DNA of 63,076 nucleotides, counting the filler, from Octopus bimaculoides (Eukaryota): NCBI RefSeq assembly GCF_001194135.2. It is 6 parts of 5 records of this genome, joined end to end, with 100 filler letters (N's around TTAATTAATTAA, not from the genome) between each part and the next. Parts side by side here need not be neighbours in the genome. Positions count along the whole stretch, not along the records: positions 29,448 to 37,732 come from NC_068986.1; positions 37,833 to 54,992 come from NC_068984.1; 4 more parts are not named here. One strand, given 5' to 3'. The notes under the pieces were generated by a model that worked only from the letters and a program-made list of their open reading frames with translations, was not told the DNA's origin and did not search any database. This document shows, in pieces, positions 36,207 to 47,380 of the stretch (positions are counted from its first letter, which is position 1; each line of letters opens with the position of its first letter). Both the position numbers and the translations under genes were made by a program.

Positions 36207-36677
36207 TCTATCTATCTATCTGTTTACGTGCAAATAGAGAGAAAGCAAAGACTGAAGATCTTCAGATGATGAATATTCACGTATAAATATATAGATATTT
36301 ATGTATTAATAGATCATACATCTCAGTCTCCTCTCTCCACGCCGCCGATGTTATCCAAGGGAAAGACAACAGCTTGGCATCATTGACATCGCAGCTCATT
36401 TCTACAACTGAGTTTACTGGAGCAACGTAAAATAAAGTGTCTTGATCAAGAACACAACACACATCCCGGCCCGGGAATCAAGCTCACCACCTCTAACCAC
36501 TAAGCTATGTGCCTTCACTTACTTCTCGTCCTTTAATTTTCTCTGTCGTTTGAACTCTGTGTAATATTGATCTATCAATACATAAATATCTATATATTTA
36601 TACGTGAATATTCATCATCTGAAGATCTTCAGTCTTTGCTTTCTCTCTATTTGCACGTAAACAAATAGATAGATAGA
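36207..36677. repeat. 110-bp inverted repeat (36207-36316 / 36568-36677, 2 mismatches) with a 251-bp spacer containing a SINE
   Basis: Direct reverse-complement comparison; the spacer holds a minus-strand CORE-like SINE (~36320-36520). Confidence 0.93.
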
Positions 36678-36682
36678 GAGCT

Positions 36683-36751
<69 letters not shown>

Positions 36752-37034
36752 TTTATACCTATATATGTGTTGTATATCAAACCCAAGCTGTTATATTTAA
36801 TTTGCTTATCCGCATAATTGCCTCCATATATATGCATATATAAGCACACATGTATATACAAAATACATACACATGTGTGCACATGTACAAAATACGTACA
36901 CATATGTGTGCATATATATGCATATATATGCACACATATATATATACACAATACAGAAACATGTGTGTATGATTGACCGTTGACTGAACACTATTCAATT
37001 TTTTTTCTCCGTGTTTTTCTCCTTGTCTCCGTAT

Positions 37035-37071
37035 TCTTTCTGTTGAAGAGCGTAGCTCGAAACGTCAAAGA
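37035..37071 (+). ncRNA. Minimal type I hammerhead-like motif (core CUGUUGA, GUC site) in a PLE terminal-repeat fragment (36995-37160)
   Basis: tcttt-CTGTTGA-a-gagc(gta)gctc-GAAAC-GTC-aaaga; 5-bp stem I. Confidence 0.68.
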
Positions 37072-37155
37072 CTTTCCGTATTCCCGAGCGTCATACTAAT
37101 ATATACTTTTGTTATTTACACCACCTGTCCTCGTCTGTTGTTATTATTTGTATAT

Positions 37156-37192
<37 letters not shown>

Positions 37193-37636
37193 TAAAGATA
37201 GACACATAAATATTTCTATGTACAGTATCCATTTTTATAACAGTGAAGATGTGATGTGAGGTAGATTTAGCTGCTATTTCTCGCCAGATCTCGACTATAG
37301 AGACACTCCCTCGTTGGTTCATTAATGTGTCTCTCGAGCGCTGAGCATCGTAAGCAAGAAACCTTCAGGCTAACCGAGGCTACCACATGGTTTCTATTAT
37401 TGCTTGTTGCAAGTTCCTATTAATCTACGCTACGCTGTTATTTCTCCTCGGAGAAAAGTTCGAAAATTGCCATAAACGCAAACTAAATGAGACACCTCGT
37501 GAAATATGTAATTTCCTCGTAAAATTAGATTCAATTGTCTCTCTCCGCCGTTTCAAATTTATTCGTCTAACATAAAATAACACCATTAATTTTGTACTCG
37601 GGTTTGGTTATGCGTTGAATACCAAAATATAAGGGG

Positions 37637-37681
<45 letters not shown>

Positions 37682-37845
37682 CTTTAGTTTTACAAAAGAG
37701 TAATAGTAAACATGTGTATATTTATTTACAATNNNNNNNNNNNNNNNNNNNNNNNNNNNNNNNNNNNNNNNNNNNNTTAATTAATTAANNNNNNNNNNNN
37801 NNNNNNNNNNNNNNNNNNNNNNNNNNNNNNNNATATATATATATA

Positions 37846-37876
<31 letters not shown>

Positions 37877-37877
37877 T

Positions 37878-38050
37878 ATACGACAGGCTTCTTTCAGTTT
37901 CCGTCTACCAAATCCAAATCCACTCACAAGGCTTCGGTCAGCCTGAGGCTATAGTAGAAGACACTTGCCCAAGGTGCCACGCAGTGGGACTGAACCTGGA
38001 ACCATGTGGTTTGTAAGCAAGCTACTTACCACAAAGCCACTCCTACGCCT
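37878..38050 (-). mobile_element. SINE family B
   Basis: Reverse complement of the 32310-32470 type (gacacttgcccaaggtgccacgcagtgggactgaacc). Confidence 0.88.
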
Positions 38051-38059
38051 ATATATATA

Positions 38060-38300
38060 TTATATGTCGTCATCATTTAACATCTGTCTTCCATGTTGGT
38101 ATGGCTTGGATGGTTTGACAGGAGCTGGCATGCCAAAACAGACCTGTTTTGGCATGGTTTTTATGGGTGGATGCTTTTCCTGTCACCAACCACTTTACAG
38201 ACTGGGTGCTTTTTGCATGGCACCAGCACTGGCGAGGTCTGTTTTGTCGTGGTTATTTTATGGGTGGATGCCCTTCCTAATGCCAACCACTTTACAAAGC
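38060..38300 (-). mobile_element. RTE-tail repeat
   Basis: catcatttaacatctgtcttccatg...ggatgcccttcctaatgccaaccac. Confidence 0.78.
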
Positions 38301-39239
38301 GGATTAGGTACTTTGTGTGTGTGTGTTTATATTTATGTTTGTCTAGACTACCACCTCTTGACAACTGGTAATGGTTTGTTTCTGTGCTAATTAACTTAGC
38401 AGTTCAGCAAAATTACCCCAACAGAAGAAATGCTAGACATTGAACAGTGTCCCATCCTGGGACCCTGCTTTGAAAAGTTTTTGATGAACAAATTGACCTC
38501 AATAAGTAATGGAGTCAATTTGTTCATCAAAAACCTTCTAAGGCAATACTCCAGCATAGCCACTGTCCAACGACTGAAACAAATGAAAGATCTAGTAAGC
38601 CAATAGCATGTAATATGATGAAAATCTGGTTTCTATTTGTAGCGAGTTAGGTGGACTATGTAGAGGCTCCCTCGTTTGTTTCATTATAGTATATCTCCAT
38701 GTTGAAGTAGCAAACAACAGATATAAAGACAAAAGATGTAAGTAAACAACTTGGTATGTAAACAATAAAGCTGTATTAGTCACATTATCTCCCACTTTCT
38801 GGCTTTTCTTAGTAACACAGATTTGGCTGACAAGAACAAGGAATGTCAGTGAAACGTGTGTAAGCGTGCCTGTTATGTGTGTGTGAGAGTGAGTGTATGG
38901 TATGTATGTAGTGTGTGTGTGTGTGTGTGGAGGTTTACCTGCATTCATATTCTTGTTTATTTTTTTTAATTTTCAACTCAATATATATGTATGTTTGTAT
39001 CTATCTATTTATCTATCTAACTATCTATTTATTTATCTATAGATCTTTCTATCTATCTATCTGTCTGTCTATCTTTCTATCTATCTATCTAGCTATCGAT
39101 CTATATATCTATATATCTATCTATCTATCTGTCTGTCTAACTATCTATCTATCTACACACACCAACACCAACTGTAAAGCAGTTGGTGGGAACATACAGA
39201 CATAAAGACACACACACACACACACACACACATGCACAC

Positions 39240-39279
<40 letters not shown>

Positions 39280-39284
<5 letters not shown>

Positions 39285-39525
39285 AAGGGCTTCTTTCAGT
39301 TTCTGTTAACCAATTCTACTTTGGTCGGCCCATGGCTATAGTAGAAGACATTTTCCCAAGGACTGAACCCCAAACCACATGGTTGAGAAACAAGCTTCTT
39401 ACCACGTGTATATGTGTGCACGTTTGCAGGTATGTATGTTTGTGTGTTTTAAGTATGAGTGTATATGAAGGAATGCATGCTTTATTTTGCGATCTATTTA
39501 AATTCTTCACAGAGTTCAAGTCAAT

Positions 39526-39556
<31 letters not shown>

Positions 39557-39822
39557 GTATATACATACATACAAACAATTGGTTTCTTTCAGTTTCTGTC
39601 TACAAGATCCACTTTGGCCAGCCCATGGGTACAGTAGAAGACATTTGCCAAAGGTCTCACACAGTGGGCCTGAACACAGACTCATGTGGCTGAGAAACAA
39701 ACTTCTTACCATGTGTGCATGTTTGCAGACATGTTTCTTTGCGTATTCTATGTTTAGGTGTATATAAACTAATGCGTGCTTTTCTTTGCAATTCATTTAA
39801 ATTCTTCATAGAGCTCAAGCAA
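39280..39822 (-). repeat. Old ~300-bp tandem duplication, each unit a family B SINE plus unique flank
   Basis: 39280-39525 versus 39580-39822 share both the SINE and the non-SINE flank (atttaaattcttca(c/t)agag(t/c)tcaag). Confidence 0.75.
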
Positions 39823-39954
39823 AGTTACATGGCTCTTTTCTTTAATTTTTTACTTTTTGTATCAATTACAATTTCTGAATTTCTGAATATGTGAAAAAAA
39901 TAAAATTTGAAAGATAAAAACCAGCCTGACTTTCACTGGTACATATATGTACCC

Positions 39955-40485
39955 ATGCCAACCTTTCCTTCATTGGACACTAAACTCTGCTTGCGAAGAC
40001 CTGTTGAGGCAAGTGAAATTGAAATTGAACCAAATTCGATGACTGGCACCTGTGCCAGTGGAGCACTAACAGCACCATCCGAGCGTGACCATTACCAGAG
40101 TAGCTGTCTGGCTTCTGTGCCGGTGGCACATAAAAAGCACTATTTGAGTGTGATCGTTACCAGCATCGTTTTACTGGCACATGAAAAAACATTTGAGCGA
40201 GCTCGTTGCTAGTGCCGCTGGACTGGCTCCTGTGCAGGTGGCACGTAAAAAACACCATTTGAGCATGGCTATTGCCAGTACCATGTGACTGGCCCTCATG
40301 CCAGTGGAACGTAAAATCACCCACTACACTCTCGGAGTGGTTAGCATTAGGAAGGGCATCCAGCTGTAGAAACCCTGCCAGATCAGAATGGAGCCTGGTG
40401 CAGCCATCTGGTTCGCCAGTCCTCAGTCAAATCATCCAACCCATGCTAGCATGGAAAGCAGACGTTAAACGATGATGATGATGAT
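39955..40485 (+). mobile_element. RTE 3' UTR copy with (GAT)n tail
   Basis: Colinear with 25940-26490. Confidence 0.9.
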
Positions 40486-40569
40486 TTATAGATAAGTATG
40501 TTAACATGTATTTTTTCTTATGTAATAGCTGTGCATCATCATCATCATTTAATGTCCATTTTCCATGCT

Positions 40570-41115
40570 GTGAATCAGAAGCAAAAGGCTTGTATGAAAA
40601 AATAACTTCAAGTTATTCTGATGTTTACAAAAATGTGATAAACAAATTTTTACATAAAACAAGCCACGGTGCTTCTTTGAGAGTACCGAATAGATTTAGT
40701 GCAGAAGTTCTAAATCAACTCTATGGCTGCTTGGTAATATGAGCAGATTGTGAAAAGGTCTAAGTTCCTCTTAGATTTGATGCACTATTCTGAAATTGAT
40801 GTGTGCAAAATTAAACTTATACCATATTACAAAAATGATATTGACCACAAAATAATAAATGTGTGTTGACAGTTCAAAGAATATTTGCACTTCAAGAAAT
40901 TCCAGATCATAGAAGAAAACACACCATCCAAAATGCAATACACAGAAATTCTTTCAGAAACATCTAAATGAAGTATTTCTTAAAATTACTAACACTTAAT
41001 CTGTATTTGACAATGCCTACCATGAGCTGTGAAGCAGAAAGGAATTTTCCAAAGTAATCTTTTATACATAACAAAAATTTCAATCTACTTTCACTAAAGA
41101 TCACTTAAAACAGGT
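40570..41115 (+). mobile_element. hAT transposase C-terminal remnant (dimerisation domain)
   Basis: LYLTMPTMSCEAERNF (~41000-41050) matches the hAT dimerisation signature; stops and frameshifts. Confidence 0.75.
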
Positions 41116-41139
41116 AAGCCAGGGAGCTACACTAGGTTT

Positions 41140-41365
41140 CAATCTGGTTTGGCATTGTTTCTATGGTTGGATGCCCTTCTTAATGCCAACCACTCCAAGA
41201 GTGTAGTGGTTGCTTTTTACATGCCACCAGCATGGGGGCCATTGATGTGAAACTGGCATCTGCCACGCACTCAAACACTGCTTTTTACATGCCACCGGCA
41301 CAGATGCTGGTCAACTGGCAAGGGCAGCTGCCACACCAACGATTTCACTTAGCTTGACAGGTCTT
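41140..41365 (-). mobile_element. RTE-tail repeat
   Basis: ggatgcccttcttaatgccaaccactccaagagtgtagtgg...cttgacaggtctt. Confidence 0.78.
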
Positions 41366-42386
41366 ACGTCTCCTTTGATTACATGTGCATGTGATCATGT
41401 GATTACTCTCTATGTATGCATGTCTATGCATTCCAGAAGAACACAGTTGTGTGTACATGTTCATTCTAGGAAACTCAAATCGGAAAACTTTTATATATTT
41501 TAGATTCATGTATACATATGTATATATATGTTCTGCTCTTATTTTTGTGTGTAGATATATACCTATAATATATGTATGTGTGTATGTCATTGTTCAGTTT
41601 TATTTCAAGATTTCTTGTCAATAGAGAAAGAGTCGGTTTCTAATTTCATTGGAATTTCAACATCAACAACAGGGTATTTTTGTTTGTATGTATGTGCAGA
41701 TTTGTATATTTTTCTTTATGTATATGTATGTATTCTCATGCATATAGTCACATATCTAGATAATCTCATATATATTTAAATGATAAACGTCTGGAAAGTT
41801 TTACAGATTTTTACAGTTCCAGTGATGGATTGGATCTGTTGTCTTCAAATTAGCTTTCTCCTTTCTGGTTTTGAAAAGCCTAATTTCTCAAGATTGATAT
41901 TTAGGCACTGTATGTATGTATGTATGTATGTGTGTGTGTATTTATATATATGTATATATGTAGTAAATGTATATGTGTGTGTGCATGTGTATGTATATAT
42001 AAGTGTGTGTATGCGTGTATGTGTGTGTGTGAATATATATGTATGTGCATGTTTGTGCGTGCGTGTGTATATGCGTGAGATCNNNNNNNNNNNNNNNNNN
42101 NNNNNNNNNNNNNNNNNNNNNNNNNNNNNNNNNNNNNNNNNNNNNNNNNNNNNNNNNNNNNNNNNNNNNNNNNNNNNNNNNNNNNNNNNNNNNNNNNNNN
42201 NNNNNNNNNNNNNNNNNNNNNNNNNNNNNNNNNNNNNNNNNNNNNNNNNNNNNNNNNNNNNNNNNNNNNNNNNNNNNNNNNNNNNNNNNNNNNNNNNNNN
42301 NNNNNNNNNNNNNNNNNNNNNNNNNNNNNNNNTAGTGCCTACGTGATAACTGTAACTGTAAACCTACTTTATGAACCACTCCATAT

Positions 42387-42448
<62 letters not shown>

Positions 42449-43630
42449 TGTATCTCTATATTAATGAATATATGTGTGTATGAATGTATGATGTATTTAT
42501 TAATTAATTTACTTATGTATCTCCCTATTCGTCTGCTTGTTTGCTCTGCCACTGTTAAGATGAGCACAACACGCCAGACTCACATGAAAACCTCATGTTA
42601 CATCTGTGAGGAAATACAGTCAGGTGCACTTCTATTGGTGAGGTTGGTCTTCATGTGTTTGTTTATGCCTGTGTGTGCATGTGTGTATACTTGTGTGCAT
42701 GCACATATGTACATGAGTGTGTGTAAGTACATTTGTGCATCTGTGTGTGTGTGTGTGTGTGTGTGTGCATGTACGTGCATGTGTGATACCATATATTCAC
42801 GATGTGAAATGAATTGTGGTTGAAGCATGTTGAGTAGGATTTTATTTGTAAATAAAGAATTATGATAGCAAACCCAATGTGTGTGGGAGGTGACTACTGT
42901 ATGAGAATTGGTGGTGGTGGTGGTGGTGGTGGTGGTGGTGGATGCGGCGGCAGCAGCAGCAGCAGAGGTGGTAATGGCAGTGGAGGTGGCAGTGTTATTG
43001 TTGGTGGTAATGGTGCTGCTGTTGAAGACAGTTGTGATGATGATGATGATGAAGACGACGACGACGATGACGATGATGACAATAACAATAACAACAATGA
43101 TGATTGAGTAAACCCAATAATTAAAGGCACTCCAACCATAACCATCACATCTCTTTAGAAATATTTATGGCTACATCACCCACTGTGTCTAGCTTTGTGT
43201 TTTTTTTAAGATGAAAAGATTATAATGGGGAATTTGACTGCTACTTCTAGCAGGATAGTTTTGACCATATGAAATACTTTCATTGTGGGGTCTGCTCCAA
43301 CAAATGTTCATCTATGCAAACATATGTAGCATTATATCAATGCATATGAGGCTATATCAACATATGAAGGACTATAGCAATATATATAGGTTTATGTCAG
43401 TCCATGTGGGTTTATGCCAACACACTTTAGTCTATGTCTATACATTTAGATCTATATCAATCCATGTGAATTCATATCAAAACATGTAGATTTCTGCCAA
43501 CAGATGTGGATTTTTGCCAGCCTTTAATATAGCAACTCTGTAAAAGTTTTCTATCATTAATTCCATGTGTCATGCTATTCTGGTGAATTCTTCTAATCCA
43601 CGCCAAAATGCTGGAAACTCTGTTTTACAG

Positions 43631-43779
43631 ACTCTGAGAAGAATCTCCAGAAACACATGTGTCTGTCTCAATACTTCCCACTCAAAAAACTGAGTGTCCC
43701 AAACCTTATCATTCAGTTACCTGGTCTTCATAATTTCCTGCTGCTTGTAGCTGAAATTAACCAAGATCCTACTATTTAT
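43631..43779 (+). CDS. Candidate internal exon (phase 1 to 0): SEKNLQKHMCLSQYFPLKKLSVPNLIIQLPGLHNFLLLVAEINQDPTIY
   Basis: ctgttttacag acceptor, tat|gtaagt donor, 49 stop-free codons; no protein family recognised. Confidence 0.3.
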
Positions 43780-45311
43780 GTAAGTGATTTTGGGATCTCA
43801 CTGTCCCAGACTTGCTAGTTTATTCTAGACTATTTCAGAATAAACACAGCATGACAATCTAGGTGATAAGCAAATTTTTAATTCCTCTAATTTTGTATCT
43901 GATAATGATCATAATCTTTTAGGAAAGTGGGTTACACATCATTAGATGTACACCTGACTTTCCTATATTATATTAGGTATTGAACGGAACGCAGAACTCC
44001 AAACTGATCAACAACAACAATATTTATTTTTAGAGGTAAAATGGACAGCCTCCAATTGTCCGGTTTCTGAGTAGCCTCCTGTGTGGGAAAGTCTGTGTTA
44101 CTGAGACGTCTGAATGTAGATGTACTGTCCCTTGAGTTGAATCGTTGGAGAGACAACTTGGTTCAACCACACTCAATGAGAGAGCTTGTTGAGACGCCTT
44201 GCTTGGTCGCTGTCTGGCATGGTAAGAGATAGAATAGAAGCGAGAACGCTTGGATATTGAAATCCACGCATGCGTGGTTAAAGGTGCAATAATGGTGACT
44301 ATGCCTTTTTGGCGCCATATGACGTTACTACAATCTTATCCCTTTATGAGATACCACATATGGCTCACAAATATTGTTTTAGAAGCTTTCAAGAACTTTA
44401 TTATTAGTGTTTTGTGTTCAAACTTCAACACTCTACAACCCATTTGTGGGTGGTTGTTACTTAACTTCAAGTCAACCACAATCAAACACACCTATGATAA
44501 AAAGCATTCTGTGCCCTTCCAACCATTTAGAGTATCTAGGACTACATTCTTTTACTCAATGGTTGAGAATGATTAAATGGAAATTTGGCTGTTATTTCTA
44601 GTAGCCAAGCAACTGCATAGAGTGTCTTCTCATTGGCTCACCCAAAGGGCAACTGTTACTATCTTTTAGATATTTATCTTGGTATTTAATGTCACATCAA
44701 GTTTGTTCCTATATCAATGACAGACTGCCATATACAAAAATGTCTTTAGCTATTCATGATGATATCCCATTTCCAATAGTAATGGTGCTGATGTTCATGA
44801 CAGATTTAATAGAAGGGAGTGGATTTCAATGGCAACTCACAAGCTGAAGCTAATTTGGCGAGGATTGTCTCCACATTTGGCTTACAGATTTCTACCAAAT
44901 GTCTTTTAGAGCAGAAAGTTCTAATAAGTTTCTTCAGCATGCATAGCATCTGATACTAGATAAGAGATCAATATTTAACATCCAGTTGCCAACATTGCAT
45001 CATATACAGGGCCAGGGCACTTAACTCTCAAACAAGTCCTTCTGTAAGAACCCTGAAACCAAATGGGTTATGGAACTCATCAGTACAAGCTGATAGACAT
45101 ATCCTTTTACTTCAGTGCTACTCAAAATGGTAGTCTGTGGACCGGCGCCAGTCTGCGAGCCATCAGTTGCCGGTACGTGGCGAGTTTCTAGAAAAGAAAG
45201 AAACATTACAAAATGCTTATAAAATGCTTATGTAATATTGTATTATTTGTTAACAAAATAAATATAAGATTAAAAAATTGTCAACTTTTATTATATTCAT
45301 TATATATATTA

Positions 45312-45631
45312 CGGAGATGTACTTGCATAGTAAGTGACCTAATCTGAGATTGTGTGCTGGAACGAAAACAATTGCTGCATGGAAGGTGTTTATAAGCCAT
45401 TTAAAATAACACAAAAACCGTTAGATTCACTTCAACATTTAAATTTAATTTGTCAAAATATTTTCGTCACATTGAGACCGCGACCTGTTCACTGACAAAA
45501 TTCTGTGCTAACAGGTCACAGTCTCAAAGTGACAAAAATATTTTGACAAATTAAATTTAAATGTTGAAGTGAATCTAACGGTTTTTGTGTGTTATTTTAA
45601 ATGGCTTATAAACACTTTCCACGCTGCAATT
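45312..45631. mobile_element. Foldback of two PLE-like terminal repeats (arms ~45370-45487 and ~45510-45631; left unit extends to ~45312)
   Basis: About 120-bp arms that are near-perfect reverse complements; each contains a hammerhead-like segment. Confidence 0.8.
45449..45499 (-). ncRNA. Hammerhead-like motif with G3:C8 swapped core (GUGAACA)
   Basis: tttgtca-GTGAACA-g-gtcgc(ggtctcaat)gtgac-GAAA-atattt-tgacaaa; 7-bp stem I, 5-bp stem II, palindromic AAUAUU stem III. Confidence 0.55.
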
Positions 45632-46022
45632 GATTACATATATTGTTTCCAGTATAAATTTATATTATTAAGAAATATCACCGGTCCCTGACACATTGGG
45701 AAAAAAAACTGCCAGTAAACCATATCAGATAGTTTGAGAAGCACTGCCTTATATCATGACTTGATCTGTAGGTACTCAGATTCTCAATGTAGACAAGAAT
45801 GTTCATCAACTGGGATTGATTAATGATTCTGTCAATATAAAGGTTTAAGCAAAGATCTTAACAATTAAAGAGAGATGAGAAATACTTTCATGTTTGTCAC
45901 AATCTGATCTTTTTCCATTGTCCTTGTTGTGGTGCACAGCAGAAACATCATTTAACTGACAGAGAATAAAACTAGATGACCATAATGCATTAAACATCTA
46001 CCTGCACCTTTTTTGTAACCAG

Positions 46023-46055
46023 ACTCCTCTCTCCTGGGACACATCCATTCCACTG
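46023..46055 (+). CDS. Candidate 33-nt symmetric exon
   Basis: cctgcaccttttttgtaaccag|...ccactg|gtaagt; all three frames open (phase 0: TPLSWDTSIPL). Confidence 0.35.
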
Positions 46056-47044
46056 GTAAGTAATGGAAAGTAATAACATTGTTGTATACTAGCACTGCCA
46101 ACAAGCACAACCACTTTCACTATTATCACCACCAATCAGCATCATCAAAACAACCACCATCATTACCACCACCATCATTACCACCACCATCATTACTACC
46201 ACCATCACCACTATCTTCACAACTTCAACTTCTATCATTGCCACCACTACTACCACAACTCATCCCACCCAACCCCACCACCATCACCACAACCACCATA
46301 CAATCCCCCTTCTCTCTCTCTCTCTCTCTCTCTCTCTGTTATAGAATATGTGAATGTATGTACCTGTGTGTGTGTGTGTTTTATGAACCTATGTGAAAAA
46401 GTGGTCTTGACCATCAATGGAACAGACATGTCCTCAAATGTGTTCCAGCTTTGATCATCTCGTCTGTTGTTTTCTATATCAAACACTACTTTTCTTCATT
46501 TGTTCAATGCCTTTCTAAATTTAAGATTATCAGGTGTAATTTAGGGGCAGATTAGGTTACTATTTCTAGCAGGTTAAGTGGCCATATTGAGGCTCCCTCA
46601 GATGTACTCTTGGCTTTATCAGACGTACTTGATAAAGCCAATAGTACTTCTGAGGGAAATGGTCTATTAGTGAGGACTAGCTTTACTTAGTAAGTAGCCC
46701 TGTGCCACATAATCTATTAAGTAGGTCACATAATTATCACAGGTCTTAATTAGTTTGTAAGAATTTTCAGGGTAGGGGTAGTAAAGGTTTGGAGAGAGTA
46801 TGGGGGTGTGAACCACTGGTCAATTTTTATGGAAAGTAGATTAAAGTTATCTTTTGCAAAGTGGGTGCTAGAGTACTTATAGTAATAAACCAAAAAAATG
46901 TTGATTAATTAATATTACATTCATTAATAGATGCATCTGTGGCATGTGTGGTAACTAGATTGTTTTCCAACCACTTGGTTCTGGGTTTGGTCCCACTGCA
47001 GTAAAATGTGAGAAATTTAATAAACATCGTTACTAGCATTGCCT

Positions 47045-47380
47045 TCTAGCACTTGTGCTGGTGGCACATTAGAAAATCATTCGAGCGAGGTCGTTGCCAG
47101 TGCCGCTGGACTGGCACCCATGCAGGTGGCATGTAAAAAACACCTTTTTGAGCGTGGCCGTTGCCAGTACCGTGTGACTGGCCCTCGTGCCGGTGGCACG
47201 TAAAAGCACCCACTACACTCTCAGAGTGGTTGGCGTTAGGAAGGGCATCCAGCTGTAGAAACTCTGCCAGATCAGATTGGAGCCTGGTGCAGACTTCTGG
47301 CTGCCAGTCCTCAGTCAAATCATCCAACCCATGCTAGCATGGAAAGCGGACATTAAACGATTATGATGATGATGATGATC
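47045..47380 (+). mobile_element. RTE 3' tail copy with (GAT)n
   Basis: Colinear with 26170-26490. Confidence 0.9.

Larger units (their letters stand above)
45113..45746. mobile_element. hAT (Charlie-like) MITE carrying a nested insertion
   Basis: TIRs cagtgctactcaaa / tttgagaagcactg; no clear TSD. Confidence 0.7.
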
